From positions 1,118,001 through 1,182,000 of the forward strand of contig CM052818.1 of assembly GCA_028534125.1 (NCBI GenBank): 64,000 nt of DNA, given 5' to 3'. The notes beneath the pieces were generated by a model that saw nothing but the letters and a program-made list of their open reading frames with translations, had not been told where the DNA came from and made no database searches. The stretch is from Lama glama (lineage: Eukaryota). Positions 48,510 through 63,300 of the stretch are shown here, one piece after another. Both the position numbers and the translations under genes were made by a program. How positions within the stretch are numbered: position 1 is the stretch's first letter; every line of letters starts with the position of its first letter.

Positions 48510-51500
48510 TAATTTTTTAATACTGAAGTAAAACAAAGGTACAGAAAGGTTGCATTTGTCATAAAGGTACGGCTTGATAAGTTTTCACAAAGGAGATCAT
48601 CTAAGTAAACATCACTTAGAGGAAGATATAGGGCATTATCAGCACCTTAGAAACCTCTCATGTACCCCTCTCAGTCACTGCCCTCACAGGGAGCCACTTT
48701 CCCGACTTTATTCTCATTTTGCCTGTTGTTGAACTTTGTACACATTGAATCACTTAGATAAATTTAATTTTTTTTTGGCTTGGCTTCTTATTCTCAAAAT
48801 TTTTGGTGAGACTCATTGTATGTAGTAGTAGTTTGTTCTTTTTCACTGCTGCATAATATTCCATTGTTATAACTATATGGAAAATTCTTTATCCATCCTA
48901 CTGTTGGTGGACATTTAGATTATTTCCAGTTTGGAGTTTATAACAAATTGTCTGCTTGGAACATGATTGTACAAGCCTTTAGATTGTACAAGCCTATATA
49001 TAACTAAATGCAGTGTGTGATTCCAGAATTGGGACTGGGATCAGGGCAAGTGTATGTGTAAAATGGTATTGCGTTTTCTTATAAAGTTAAACACACACCT
49101 ACAATGTGAGCCAGCAATCCTACATTTAGATATTTACTTTAAGAGAAGTGAATACGTATGTCCACACAAAGATCTATACGTGAATGTTGATAGTAATTTT
49201 TTTCGTATTAACCTAAAACTGGAAACAGACAAGACTAATAGATGTTAAACACGTTAAAACCACTAAGTGAAAAGCTGGTTGGGTACAGGGTATTTATAAT
49301 GGGTTTTCCCTTCTGCCTGTCACTTTATTGTTTTTTAAAACTATCAGCATGGTCTTGTGTATTTTTTGTATTCAGAGGATAAAAATTTACTTTTGTCATT
49401 ATTCATTTTTATGTACAAATTGTGCCAAATTTGACCAATAGAAACCCTTTAAAGAAGTTTTTCTGTCCACTTGACATGTCTTTTTTATTCTTTGAGTATG
49501 CACTCCAGTGCTTTCTAGCACAATATATGGATATTCCAGACTCATCTTGTAGTTTATCTGCCCCAATCTGGGAATTATCCATTTCTCCAAAGAGCCCTGG
49601 CTCCTTTTGGAGGAAAATAGATTTAGAAATACCTCTCTCCTCTCTCTGTCTCTCTCCATCTGGGTAGCTAGGTGTGCTCATTGTGACTAGGGTGTCCTTA
49701 TTTCTAGGCCATCTTAGCACACAGAACAAGGACACAACTTTTTAAAAATCGTGAGTTCATACTAATACCTCTAGCTCCAATCCAACATCTCAATGTTCTT
49801 CCCCCCCTTCCATTCCATTGTTTGCATCTTCCTTCTCCCTGAATGAGAATCCAACAACAATGCATTTATTTACTTACTAAATCTTATGCGTACAAATAAA
49901 AGAGTTTCAGAATTGCTACGTTTATGTATAATCCCCCCAAAATATTTTAAGTAAAAATAAAACTTTCTTTGAAGTCCTTTTTCTCCATTAAATATATCCT
50001 AATGAGAGTATATAGTAAGAGAATTGTGTTCAAAAGTCATTTAAATTAATTATTTCCTTCTGTGTATATGTTATTTATTTGATATACAGTTAAGTTTGTT
50101 TGTTTCTGTTGCCATTCAATTTCAGATGTTTCCTGATTCTTATTGATTTATTTTTGGAAATATATCAAATATCAACATAGTTGAAAAGTCAACTCTGTGT
50201 AAAAAGACATAATAAAAGTTTCATTCCCCTCTCTGTCCCTTCTACCTTCTTCCCACCCATCTTCCCTAAGTAAATAATTTTATCCTTTCTATTTCTTTCT
50301 GTAAAAATAAGCAAATGCAAATATAGTTCCCTATGTTTCTTATTAAACCCTTTTGTGCAATTTTTTTTCACTTAATGACATATCCTGGAAATCACAGTAT
50401 ATTGATTTATAGAGATCTTCATTCTTCTTTTTAATAGCTGCATGGTAGTCCACTATGTGGAAGTACCATAGTTTATTCAGCTGATTTCCTGCATACAGAC
50501 ATTTAGATTATTTCCATTATTTTGCCAATATGAATAATTCAAAAATAGATAGTCTTGTGCATATTTTTTGATATTGCTGGAGATATATCTTGAGGGTAAA
50601 TTTCTAGCTTCTATGGAAAGATTAATTAAATAGATATTTCTAGCAACATTGAGTAAGGAAAGAAAAGATGCAAATAAACAACATTAGGACAAAAAGTACA
50701 ATAACTACAGATAGAAAAGAAGTTTAAAAGATCAGATACATTGAACAATCTAGGGCAGTAAATTTGAAGACTTAGAAGAAATGGACACGTTTCTGAGAAA
50801 GCATAATTTGCCAAAAACTGCCTTGCAAGATGAAATACAGAATTTGCAAAGATCTATAGAAAGAAGTTAGGTCAGTTGCTTAAAATATATGCACCAAAGA
50901 ACCAAAAAACAAACCAAAAATTGCCACTAGGCTCCCATGGTATTTCAGGTGCCTACACTCAAAGGAATAGCCAAACTCAACCTTTGAAAAACTCCTGAAA
51001 GAAAATAAAAAAGAGGAAATATTCCTCAATTCATTTATTAGGCACTTTGAGACCAATAACAAAGAAGTAAGTTTAAGAAGGAAAAATTATAGGTCAATAT
51101 TACATATAAATAGTCTAAATGAACTAATAGGTTGAATCCAGAAATGTATCAAAATACATCAAATAATTTTTACCAAAAATAGTAAAATTAGGGAGTATAT
51201 TAATATCATTTGTCACATTAACAAATTGAAGGACAAACATGATCATCTCAGTAGATACAGAAAAATCATTTGATAAAATAAAACATAACTCCAATTTTTT
51301 AAAGAGAGAAGGTTAGTTAGGTCTAGAAGGGAGCTGAACTTAATAATATCTGTCAAAAAAAATCTCAGCCCCATAGCAAGTACCATTCTAAAAGATGAAA
51401 CAGATAAAGGTAAAAACCTTCATGTCTGGAAAAAGTAAGAATGCCTGATAATACTGCTTCTATCCAACACTTTCCTAGGAGACTAGCAAGTACAGTTAAG

Positions 51501-54500
51501 ACAAGAAAAAATAAATAACTAGCATTAGGATTAGAAAGGAGGAAACAAAATCACTCGTGAGAATAGATAAACTACTATTTTAAAAGATTTCTGAGTGTGA
51601 GACAAGTATACAAAGTAATTGTTGTATGCCTATAAACCTAAAACAGACATCTAGAACATGATTTTTTTGAAAGAAAATATTTATAGTAGCAGTTAGAATG
51701 ATAAGTTACCTGAAAAATAAATTCAAAAAAGGGATGTGCAAGGTCTTTATGGAAAAATGTATAGAACTTTCTTGAAGGTCATTGGAGATCTAACTAAATG
51801 GAGAGATGGGATGGGAATACTCATTGTCATCAAGATGCCCATTTTCTTCAAATTATATTCAGCATAATTCCAGTCAGAGTCTCAGCAGGATTCTTCATGG
51901 AATTTGACAAGCTGATACTAAAAATTATATGAACACGCCAAAGGCCAAGAACAGCGAAGACCGTTTTCGAGAACAAGGTGGTGGGATGGGACTCACCCTA
52001 CCAAGGAATATGAGATGGTTTGGTCTGGGTTTTGGGCTAAGCAAATTGACCAGTGGAACAGAATAGAAAGTTTGGAACCATGCCCAGGCCCATATGGAAG
52101 CTTGATATTTGACAAATCAGTAGAGAAGAGAGATGGACCATCTCACAAATGGTGCTAGGGCAGTTGGCTACCTATATGGAAAAGAAATAAGATGAGATTT
52201 TTACCTTGTACAAAAAACACACACACACACACATTTAAATGTGAAAAGAAAATATTTGCAGTACTGTTCAAAATGATAAAAAAAGGAAACCACTGAAATG
52301 TCCATCAACAAAAAAATGGATAAAATAGTGATTTTGTCATACTATGGGATGCTTCATACAGGAAAGGGAATAATGAAAGGGGCTACATTTATCAATATTG
52401 GTAAATCTCAAAACCAATGATGAATGAAAAAAATAGAAGTAGAGTAATAATACTGTCTGATGTCATTTATGTAATATTTTAATATGCAAAGCAATATTAT
52501 ATTATTTATGCATGTATTTTTCATGGATCCCTGGAAACATTCATGGGAGCAGTTGGCGACAGATTCACGATACTGCTTCCCTCTAGAGAGAGAGAGGAGG
52601 CAATGGGATTAGCTGGAGAACAGGAGGTGCTTCGTTTATATCTGTTATGTTTCATCTTTTAACAAGATAACATTTTCACAAAAATTTGACAAAAGGATAA
52701 GATTTGACCATAGGGGGATGTTCATTATATAATCTTCTAGACCTTTTCTATATGTTTGAAATAGTCCACTTTATGCACATATTTTAAATAGATATCAACA
52801 TGTAGAGAGGTGATCATTTACATTTCGATCCTTTTGTAATTTCCTCAAAACTGCTACATTGTTCTGAAATATTCTGAGAAAGTATTATAAGTTTCCCCCA
52901 ACTGTAATTGTGTAAGTTTAGTTTCCACGCATAGTTGTTGCTGTATATATTTCAGTGCAGTGGGGTTTGGTGTGTTCATGACATTTTTATCTTCTTGATG
53001 TTATAATCTCTACCTTCCCACTTCTCTTTCTCTCTTTTACACACACACACACACACACATACACACAAAATAGCCCTGTTTCATTGAATATTGTCTGGAA
53101 TTCTACTTCATCTCATAGTAATATATCTATTCCCATTTTGTTTATTTGCCTCTTGTAAATCATTGCCTACATGTTTATATCAGACTGATATTTAATTTCT
53201 GTGTCATTTTATAGACATGTCTCTTGTAGACAAAATTTAGCTGAATTGTACTTTTTTACCCAGTTTGAGAAACTCTGTCTTTAACTTTAATAATTAATAT
53301 AACCCATTCATATTTATTGTGCCATTGGTTCTTGTGACCACTTGTCCCAGTCATCAAGTGGTTGGTTGGTTGGTTGGTTAATCAAGCTTTGTTATTGCTT
53401 TCGTTTCTTTTCCTGACTTGTTCTAGAGTGATCATTTTGATTGGTCCTTTTAGTTTCTCAAGTAGTTTGGAAAGGGAGCATCCTTATCATCTCTAATTAT
53501 CATTCACCTATAATATTTTATGGAAAGATTTCATTATATTTACCTTGTTAATATCAGTAATTGAATAATAAATATGACCTTCCCAACCCTACCCATAAAG
53601 GAAGAGACTTTTAGCATACCATTTTACTCTGTTCTCCATTTTACCATTTCATCCATACACATTTGCCAAGATTTTGGAAATAATCTGGAATCTCATCAGA
53701 TTTTTGAATCCTTGCTTGACACCTATATTAAACTTCACAACTATTTAGACTGTGTGTGTGTGTGTTTTCTATGTTTGGCTAGAGTACATCTTTGAATAAT
53801 ATTAACAGTGTGTGGGCAGTACTTTCTGAGTCCTTGCGTATCTGAAATGTCTTTTCCCCTCTCATACATGAACAACAGTTGGCCTGATTCTCTTTTTCCT
53901 TATAGGTAAGCCTCCCCACCTCCCCTTGGGATCCTTCGGTACCTTTTTCTTTTTATCTTTGGAGTTCAGAGATATCCTCAGGATTTAAAAAAAAAAAACT
54001 TCTCTGTATATTTCATAAAATTATACAAGTAATACATGAATATGTTCTTTGGAATTCAAAAATATCACCAAGAATTTTTTAAAGAATATTTTTAAAGTTA
54101 TACAAGTAATTCATGAATATGTTCTCTCAGCTCCAAATTCAAACAATACAAAAAAAAAAATTTGAGGTTCCTCTGATGACCCTCAGTTCCAGATCCGCTC
54201 CCAGAAGTAACCTCTGACAGAAGTCTGGCAAGAACTTCCAGGCTTTGTTTCTGGGTATTTGCATGCATATGAATCACCACGAAAATTTTTGTCTTGTTTT
54301 GTATTTTTTTCCATTAAAGTATAAAAATATACTCATTTATCTACAAATAGCTTATCACACTTAGCAGTTTGCCTAATAAAGATTTTCTCCCTCCTTTCCT
54401 TCCTTTTTCCTGTTGAGTTCTCTCCCATAGTGATAGATTTAGATTTAGGTTGTTTCTGATTATTTGCTATTAGCAGTAACAGTGCTGTGAAGAATCCTTA

Positions 54501-55610
54501 TAAAGCCCTTTTTGTGCAAGTGTGAGAATTTCTCAAGGGCCCATTCCAGAAAGTGAGTTTGCTGTGTAAAAGGCAATACACATTTAAATTGCTTATAGCT
54601 ATTGCCAAATTTCTCTTCAGAAAGGCTATATTCCACCACACCTTTGTAACACTGATACTCATCTCTTTTGTGTTTTTTGTCAGTTTGCAGAGAGAAGGGC
54701 CGCATCTCATTATGGTTTTAATTTTTATTTCCCTGAGCACCAAAAAGATTTCACTTCTTTTTCTATATTTATTGGCCATTTACATTTTCTCTTCTATGAA
54801 TTAGCTGTTAATATCCATTGTCCATTTTTCCATTGGCTTTATTTTCCTAATTAATTTGTAAGCTTTTCTTATATATTTTGGATATTAATCCTTTGAATTA
54901 TATATATTGCACATCTTTTCTCTCAGTTATTTTTCCTTTACTCTCTGGTGTCTTTGTTGTAGAAGTTTTAAATATTGATTTTTAAAATATAATGATCTTT
55001 CCTTGGATTGATTTTTGAGTCTTGTCCCCACTTCTCACCTTTGTCTCCTTTATTAAAATGACTGGATTTGTGAGAGTTGTGTCTGGGAATCAGTTCTTGG
55101 TTGTATTTATCAATTCTTCTGTTTTCATTTTCTAATTAATTCACTTCTGCTCTTTGTTTTTTATACTATCCTTTTTCCCTCTTTTCTTTGATTTGGTTAT
55201 GGTTGGGTTTTTTTTTTCTTTTTCTTTTTTTTAACTTTTTGCCTTGAATTTATTCTTAATTTATTTATTCTCATTCTTTCCTTCTAATGAAACTGTTTAG
55301 GGCTCTAAATTTGCTTCTGAGTATATTGAATACTTGGCTATGTCTAATATATTTTCATATACAGTGATCTATGTTTTTGATTTCTAAATAAGTTTGAAAT
55401 TATAGTTTGAATCCTCTTTGATCAATTAGATAATCAGAAGAATGCATTTTAAATTCCAGGTAGTTGGGTTTTAAAAATATATATTATTTTATTATTATTT
55501 TCTAGTTTATCTTATTATTATTTTCTAATTTATCTTATTTTCAGAGAGTGACCTCTACAGTTTTGCCATTTGAGATTTATTATGGTTTTCTTTATAACAT
55601 AGTATATGAT
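48510..55610. mobile_element. Block of nested, degraded L1M/L1ME fragments in both orientations (including a + strand ORF2 remnant ~50620-52500)
   Basis: AT-rich. L1 ORF2-like text (gatcatctcagtagatacagaaaaatcatttgataaaat; gaatttgacaagctgatactaaaattatatg; ccagtggaacagaatagaaag). Internal boundaries not resolved. Confidence 0.65.
53039..53067. repeat. (CA)n microsatellite
   Basis: Directly visible. Another (CA)n at ~52218-52233. Confidence 0.85.
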
Positions 55611-55611
55611 T

Positions 55612-56060
55612 ATATCAGTTAGGAGTAGAACCATTTGCATATAACAGAAAGTTCAAAATAACAGTAGCTTAAACAAAAAAATTTATTTCTCTCTCATTTC
55701 AAAGAAGTTTGAAGGTAGGCAGAGCCCCACAGTGTCATCAGGAACCCAGACTTCCATTTTTCTACACCATTCTCAGAGCTGGCTTCTATTGTCAGTAACC
55801 TCATAGCCCAGGATAGCTGCTGAAGTTCCAGTCATCACATCCACATTCCAGAGAGGAGAAAGAAGGGAGAAGTAAAAGGATGTATCTCCTATCTGAGTCA
55901 GTTCCCTTTAAGTAGACTTCTTCAAACTCTCAAGCAACAGTTCTGTATATATTTCATGTAGAATTTAGCTGGATATATAGCCAACCCCCAATTATAGGGA
56001 TTCTTTTAGTGAAAAAGGAGAGAAGAATAGCTATAGGTAGGAAATAAGAATCTGTCATAA
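55612..56060 (-). mobile_element. MaLR LTR (MLT1I/J-like)
   Basis: aacagtagcttaaacaa..atttatttctctctca...gatagctgctgaagttccagtcatcacatccacattcca. Confidence 0.55.
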
Positions 56061-59000
56061 TATTTTTTCATAAATATTCCATCAATCCTTTTAAAAAAAA
56101 AGATATGTCATTTGGCAGTATCATCTCTTCTAAACTTGGGGCTGATTCCTTGTAAGAGGCCAACTGGACCCTTTCAGAATTAATGACTGCCGTCGCTGGG
56201 ATAAACTAGCCAGCCCAAGGGACGCCAGCACTGTCTCTAGTTCACGGGTGTTACTGAGGACACCCTGTAGTTCCTACACTCTCCTCTTCCTATCTAAGGC
56301 AAGTCGATCAATTTGGGTCACTATGGCCTTGTAGGCATCATGGGAACTTGGGTGCTGATCCGCTCCGATGTCATTCAGGGGTTCACTGCTGAAGCAGGCG
56401 CTGTGAATGTCTCATCAGGCCCAGCCCTCTCCCAGCCTGGAGCAAACGTCCCTCTGTGAATGGATGTGCAGGGCGTGAGAATAGGAAGCCCCGTTCCCGA
56501 GGTCCTGTATGAACACTGGATTGAGATGAGTGGGCAGCATGACCTGGGCTGGCCTCAGTGGCACGCAGAGCCAAGATGACAGTGCTCACCTAGCCCCACT
56601 TCCATATCCCGGGATTCAGAACAGCTGGGCCAGGGACCAGACCCCAAGAGGCGTTACTGGTTGTGGGGAGTCTGTAGTCTTCCCTCTGGGCACTGTGACA
56701 TGGATAAGCAATGTGAGGACTCATTGGTCCCTCTCCCTCCTGGGGCCACTGCCTCACGTAGTGTGGGAGGAGCACTGGCTGTCCCGGCCCTTCTGCCTGA
56801 GGCCCGGCTCCCACCAGCCACGCCACGCCGGCTGCCCTAAGGCCTTCCTGTCACCTGGTAGCACTGAACATCCCGGCAAATGCCTGGTCTGAAGGCGAGT
56901 GAAGGTTCCAGTCCGTGCCTTAGGGAAGCCCCTGGTGTGATAGAATGGGTAAGAAATATGCACATGCAGCAACCACTAAAATGCTCACCAAAATAGAAAT
57001 GGAGTGCCAGCGAATGTGCTAGGAACTGGGTCCCTGAGCAATAAAGGGAAGGGCTAAGTAAGGCCGGCAGGTGCTTTGACTGAGACGCTTCCGGAAGCAA
57101 CATCCGGCTGCCTTCTGCCCAGGTGAGCATCCCTGGCTTGACCGCCGACGCTGTTCCCGCCTTGCCTGGGAGTAGCCCTGCCCCCGTCCTGCTCACTCCC
57201 AGAGCTCGGGAGAGACGAGCTGGTTTTCTCCCAGAGGCTGGTGCCAGTTTAGTCAGCAGATTTCACAGATCTACTGGCACCCGTGTAGTGTCTTATTTTA
57301 AGCTTAACATTTGAAGATGGAAACTTTTCCCCCTTTGATGTGTGGCAAAGAGATCCCAATTTATACATAAGCATGGCGGCTAAGCCAGTGCACCAAGGCT
57401 GCTCCCGAGGCGGGTGCAGTTCGTGGCTCCCCCTTTGCAGGTACCTTCCCCAGAAGAACCTCACCAACTGTGGTCAGCTCTTTTAACTGGCATCTCTATT
57501 CCCAGGTTTCCCCTGAGAAGTGTGCTGCCCTGTGCTTTCTGCGCACGTGTGGCTGGGGAGAGGCAGGGCCAGTGTACCGGCCTCCATCCTGCATTTCCCC
57601 AACTGCCAGCCTGTACCCTGTACCCTGAGCTACCATAATGTCTCAGGTGCCAGGAACTGAGTTTCCCTTGTGGGCCTTAGCTTCTCCCGGGTGCCCAGGT
57701 GGCATCGGTGCCTCCCTTCTCAGCCCTGCCACCCCTGCCCCCCATCCCCTCCCCTGTCATTCTGGAACTCTCGGAAGTCAAGGCCCCCATCCCCCATATC
57801 CAGCTGGGAGACTGAAGAGAGCAGACAGGGAGCATCCTGGCAGTCAGGTTATGTCCAAACCAGATTTCTGTCTTGGGACATTCAGAGCTCGGACTCTACT
57901 CTGAACCCTCTCACTTTAACACTGCAGATGATCGTGTGGTCTTAGAAACCCCATTGCTCACAAGGTGCTGGTTTTAAGTCACTTTGTCTCTGGGGAGAAG
58001 AGGGGTGGACCACAGAGGGTTCACTTCATGTGAGGATTTGGCTGTGTCCCGGGGCCTTTCTGGTATCTCCCAACTCTTCTCACCCCACACTCTGCTTTTT
58101 CACATATTTCAATCCCAGGCCCAAAGTTCTTCCTGGCCATTTTAATCGGACACCAGTTATTGTGGCCTAGTTTATACCATCCAAGAGGTGTTGCTCAATT
58201 AAGCTGGAACTGACCAGTCAGGGACAAACATTCATCGGATAAAAGGTATTTTCTTTAGCTGGCAGGGATCCTCTGAACAGCAGCTCCCCTAATGCACCGA
58301 AGTGTTCCTTTTCAGATCACTAGCTGCAGAAATCAGAAGATGGAGACAAAGTAGAAGGAAAAAGCAATTTGTTGAGTACTAGGGCCTGTGGCAGGTCTTT
58401 TGAAAATGAAGAGGAACATTTTAGATTTGAGTGAGTCGGTGTGGAGGGAGGGTACGATGCCAAAGGACTGTTGCTTTACCGCTGGGGACTCCCAGGTATG
58501 TACGAAGTGAGTGTCATATGGTTTCACTCCTCTGACGCTTCTGGAAGCTCTCAAGGAAGACAGACTTTAAACAGATACTTACTACTGAGATGAATACTGC
58601 AAAGAAGGCAGGCAGGGTGCTGGGGGATGTATAACGGGAGGCCTAACATCATGGGGGGTCAGGGAAGGCTTCCTGGAGGAAGTGACAACTAAGTTGAAAC
58701 TGGGAGGATGAGGAGGGATTAGTCAAGTGGAGATGGGATGGAGGGTGGAGGAAACAGTTTTTTCTGCAATTACTTTGCCAAGCAAGATCATTCTGTACCT
58801 TGTCATCTGCCCCTGACTTAAGTTTCATCACCCAGTTGTTTTGACACACAACCTGTTTTCCCTCTGGATTTTCTGTGCTTTTAAAAAGTTTCCTTTCTCC
58901 TATTAGTTGAGCCACTTTTGCATGGGTGGCAGCCAAGGGACTCAGGGGTTGCTCAGTTCTCTCTGAGTCCCAGGATCACAGTACACTCCTCTGTCCTTGT

Positions 59001-59384
59001 CTTCAGCTGTTCATGTCTCACTTCTGGCTAAGCAGATTAAGATATGTGGTGGTGCCTCTCTCTCAGACTGAGGCCTCATCTCTCTGCAGAGGTTAGAACA
59101 CTCTGAAGGAGGAGGCTTGAAGTGAAATGTGATTTTTTTCTTATAAGCCAGTTGCCATATGGGTAGGATTGGCCCCATTCCTTATTCTGTCCAGATACGA
59201 GGCTCAAGCACAAACTTCCCTTCTTCCTGGACCAGCAGGGGTGGCCCCAGAGTTGGGCTAATGGTTACCAGGAGGAGTGGGTTGACAGGCTGCTAGGCTG
59301 CTAGCAAAGATATAATTCAAGGTACATTGAATGGAACAGAATTTTGCCCAGGAAGGACAGAATATTCATTCTTCATATAATCCT

Positions 59385-59840
59385 TGTATCAATCAGTTAT
59401 TGCAAGAATAGTGCTGTGTAACAAACATCCACAAAATTTCATTGCAGCCACAAGCACTTATTCTTAGGGATCTGTAGTTACCTGAGGTTTGGCTGGTCTA
59501 GACTGGGCTTGACTGAAGCAGTTCTGCATGTCTGGGGTCAACTGGGAGTCAGCTCGCCAAGGCTGGACTCTGCTTCTCATGTCTTATCCCCCTTGGACCA
59601 GGACACTAGTCACTGCATGCCTCCTCTTGGCAATGTTAGAAGCACGGAGGGCCAGTAGAGACACCTGAACCCTCTGAGGCCTGGGCTCAGAACTGGCACA
59701 CTGCCACTTCCTCCCATGTGACTTTGGCCAAAGCAGGTCATGTGGCCAAGCAACAGCAAGAGTGTGGGAACACATTCCTCCCCTGGCAAGGGTGTGGGTG
59801 TAGGGAGGAGTGAAGAATCAGGACCCAAAACTCAATCTGC
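59385..59840 (-). mobile_element. MaLR LTR (MLT1G/H-like)
   Basis: tgtatcaatcagttattgc..aatagtgctgtgtaacaaac...ggctcagaactggcacactgccacttcc...ttggccaaagcaggtcatgtggccaag. Confidence 0.65.
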
Positions 59841-60164
59841 CCCTCTCTCCAAAGGCCGACACCCCCATGTGATTGGACTTAAATAAAAGGAATAAGGAAG
59901 AGATGGGCAGTGGTGGTTATTGCCACAATCCCTGACCAAGAATTTAATGTTCTTCATAATAAATTAGCGATGTTCTTCTAGTGAGTGGTGTGGGCCCAGC
60001 TTTGTGCTGAGTGCTTTGGGGAGCATCAGAAAGAAAAGCCCTGATTCTGCCAGCAGGAGCGCACCATCCTTTGAGGGATAAGCCTTGGGTTCAAAGACAA
60101 GTTGGGGACTAAATGATGCTCAGCTGTGTAATGTGGAGTTCAGAGACAGAAGGAGAGGAATGTT

Positions 60165-60375
60165 ACTAACACCTAGTGAGCACTTGCTGTGTGCAAGACA
60201 CTGTGCCAGATTCTTTCTGTCCTTTACTTCCTTTCGTGGTCATCCGGAGAGGTACCAGGATTGCCCCCATTTAACAGATTAAAAAGCTGAGGCACAAAGA
60301 GCTCAAGTAACTTGTGCATGGTCAGACGGCGGGTAAATACCAGAACCAGGATTTAAGTCCAGCTCCTCCTGCAAC
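60165..60375 (-). mobile_element. MIR SINE
   Basis: gagcacttgctgtgtgcaagacactgtgc...ccccatttaacagattaaaaagctgaggcacaaagag.tcaagtaacttg. Confidence 0.65.
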
Positions 60376-63300
60376 CAAGGCTGAGTGTTGATCACCAGGG
60401 CCTGTGGCCGGCCACCCGAGGGGAAGGGGAAGCAAAGGTAGACAGCTGTGTGGAGAGGACAGCTGTCAGGGGCTGGGAGCTGTGGAGGGGACCCCAGTCA
60501 TGTTATGAACTATAAATGGGAGCAAAGATAGGATGTGCGATTTGGCCGAGGTCCTGCAGCAAGATAGGGTGCAGGCTGGGCTGGAAATTCTGGCTGTTGG
60601 CTCTCCTTCCACATTCCCTGGTCCCAGCCGCATTCTGGGCGCTCTCCACCCGCTGCGCGGCCACGCCTGCAGCGTCTCCCTCTTGGAAGAGGTGCAATCC
60701 ACTGGCATTGGAGCTGGTGGACTGGCTCCCTCTCTCTGCTCATCTCTTTCCTCCTTTCCCCTGCCATGTTCTGGAAAGGGCAGCGTGAGGGAATGTGGGC
60801 AGGTTGCACCAGAGATATACATCTGAGAACTGAAGGAACATTTATTTTTAATTTAGACTTAAAAAGAAAAAAAGGAAGTTATAAAATATCTGCTCTTGCT
60901 CCTGGGATTGTGCAGATGGTGCTGCGTGTTGCCTAATACGGAAGGGGGCTGGCACCCGTGTGCTTGTGGCCCCACCAGCCTGACTGTAAGACCTGCAAGG
61001 CGCGATCCCTGCTCCTTGTGCTTGGGCCTCAAGTGGCTCCCTTGGGCCCCGCCTGATGTTCCGCTGCCTTCTCACCTCACCCTCCCTGGACTCCTGGCTG
61101 CGGATTTCCCGAAACTCTTCCTTCATCGAGGCCAGTCTCTCAGCTCTTCCCCCTCCCAAGAGCACGCCCGCGCATACACCCCTCAGCTCCACCCTACTGC
61201 CTCCCTTGGCAGATAGCCAGAGCACCCTGACCTCTCCCTTCCTGAACTCCTGGGTGGATGTTAGAATTGATCAGTTTTACACACATCTGAGTACCTGCTT
61301 AAGCCGTCTTGTCATTTTCACGCCCGGGTGTTATAAAGGACGTTCTCAGACATTTTCCTGTTTGGTCTTTGTGTTCATTGCCGTTGGGTGCTGTGTATTC
61401 CTCTCCTCCGGTGATCTCCACTGGGAGCGGTGTGCAACTTGGTGCACAGAAGATGCTCGAAAATGGGCATGGAATGTGGCTTTTCCCTTGTCCTCAGGGG
61501 GATGAGCTAGAGAAGAAACCCCGAAAATCAGAGAGTCGGGGACCCCAAGCCAGGAATCAGGAGACCTGACTCTTTCTCTAGTTCGCTTTGGAGCCTTGGG
61601 CAGATCACTGAATTTCTCAAAGCCTCAGTTGCCCCATTTACAAAATATAGAAAGTAATCTCTATTTTATCTGAGCCCCAGAGTTATGATAAGAATCATGG
61701 TGACATAAGGAGAAATGCTTAGCAAAATCAATCAACTGATCGGCCTCTTTAAGAAAGCGTTAAGGGGTCCAAGGTACCCAGCGCGGATATCATGCCTCAG
61801 TTAGGGCACAAATTTGGGACAGAGGCTGGTCATGTTGGCCAACAAGGTGAAAAGATCACTGGTTACACTGTGTGAGTGTGTGTGTGTGTTACGTAGCCTG
61901 GGTACTAGTTTGGTTTAGTTTAGGGCAGTGGTTTGTTCTGGAGAAGACTCGATAGCCCATAAAAAATGCATGCCACAAAAAAGAAAAAACGAGTGAAGGT
62001 GAAAATGAGACAGAAGGAAGTTTAGGGAAGGAGAGATAAGATGAAGCCAGAAGTGACATTTAAACACAAAGCACGTGCAGCGAGGTCTCTATACTTGGCA
62101 GATGTGGGCCGTGGGGATGTGGCCGGAGCTCCCTGACAGTCAGTGCAAAGAGAAACATAGTTAAATGCCCAGTGTCCGCAGGACAGATGCAACACAGATG
62201 TTCAGACGCATACATTTCTGATCTGGAGACCAGAAAAATTTCCCCCAAGAGGATTCATAGAGGGGACCTTGTGACATAATGAGCAGCAAGTGTCCTGGAC
62301 ATCAGTTACACACAGTGAGTCCCATGAGCCGCATCTCATGACATTCCTGGTGGCCCAAGCACAGTTTTGGGGTGCAGTGGGGGTAGGGGGGAGAAGACAA
62401 TGTCGTTCATAACACACTGGTGTTATATAAACCAGCAGATTAGAGGGAGTGATGGGCTGTGTTCCCAAGAGTGGAAAACAGCTTTTATCTCCTGGGCTTT
62501 GGGAGGCAGTCAGACATGCGCACGTGTACACATACATCCGCGTGTACTCACATGCGCACGCGCACACACACACCCACTGGCTCACAGTGTTCCCTGCTTC
62601 ACGGCTCCTTAAGCTCAGCTTCTTCTCTATGGTCTGGCTCCTTCCTGACGGGGGTGCTAGGAAGGGAGCCTGGGTCCCCTGGGATTACTTCTTGCTGGGT
62701 TGGTGGGGGGCAGTCCCTTTACAGACAATGAGACTATCTGCATTGATTTCGCATCTACTCCTTGGAACCTAAGAATAGAATTTAAACTGAGGTAGCACCT
62801 CCAAAGTCAGCCCTTCACTCTATAGTAAGAAAGCTAGAACCCCAAAGGTAGGCTGTCTTCTGCTGGACAGGGACCGAGCTGAGGCTGAGGCCCACGGTCT
62901 CCTGATTCCCACTCCAGCAACCTAAGCTGTCATTGCAAAGGACAATCGAATTGGGATCTTATTTGGGGGAGAAAAATATCATAAGATAATTCCTCCTGGC
63001 GCTATGGAATGGCTTTCCGTTGTGTAATTTTATTCAAACTGATATGGGCCAATAAATATAACTGTGTGTGCGTGTTCGCTGTTTTAAAACATTTTAATGT
63101 TTAAAACATGATTGACTAATGCTGCTAAGGATGTCTAGAATTTGATTTACTGCATAGAATTGAATGTTTGTACTTGCTCCTTGCGGAAATTCTTGCCAAA
63201 GAGCCATTTTATCTACAGGAATAATAAATAAGTCAATATGTAGATGGTTGTGCACATTTTTTTTCCATATGCAGTGATGCTTGGGAGATGTTATTTTGCA

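Noticed and set aside
48965..55534. Short direct repeats (GATTGTACAAGCCT x2 at 48965/48982; 28-bp repeat at 54021/54098; 23-bp tandem at 55489/55512)
   Set aside because: Two-copy local duplications inside degraded L1 sequence; no array or spacer structure and not CRISPR-like.
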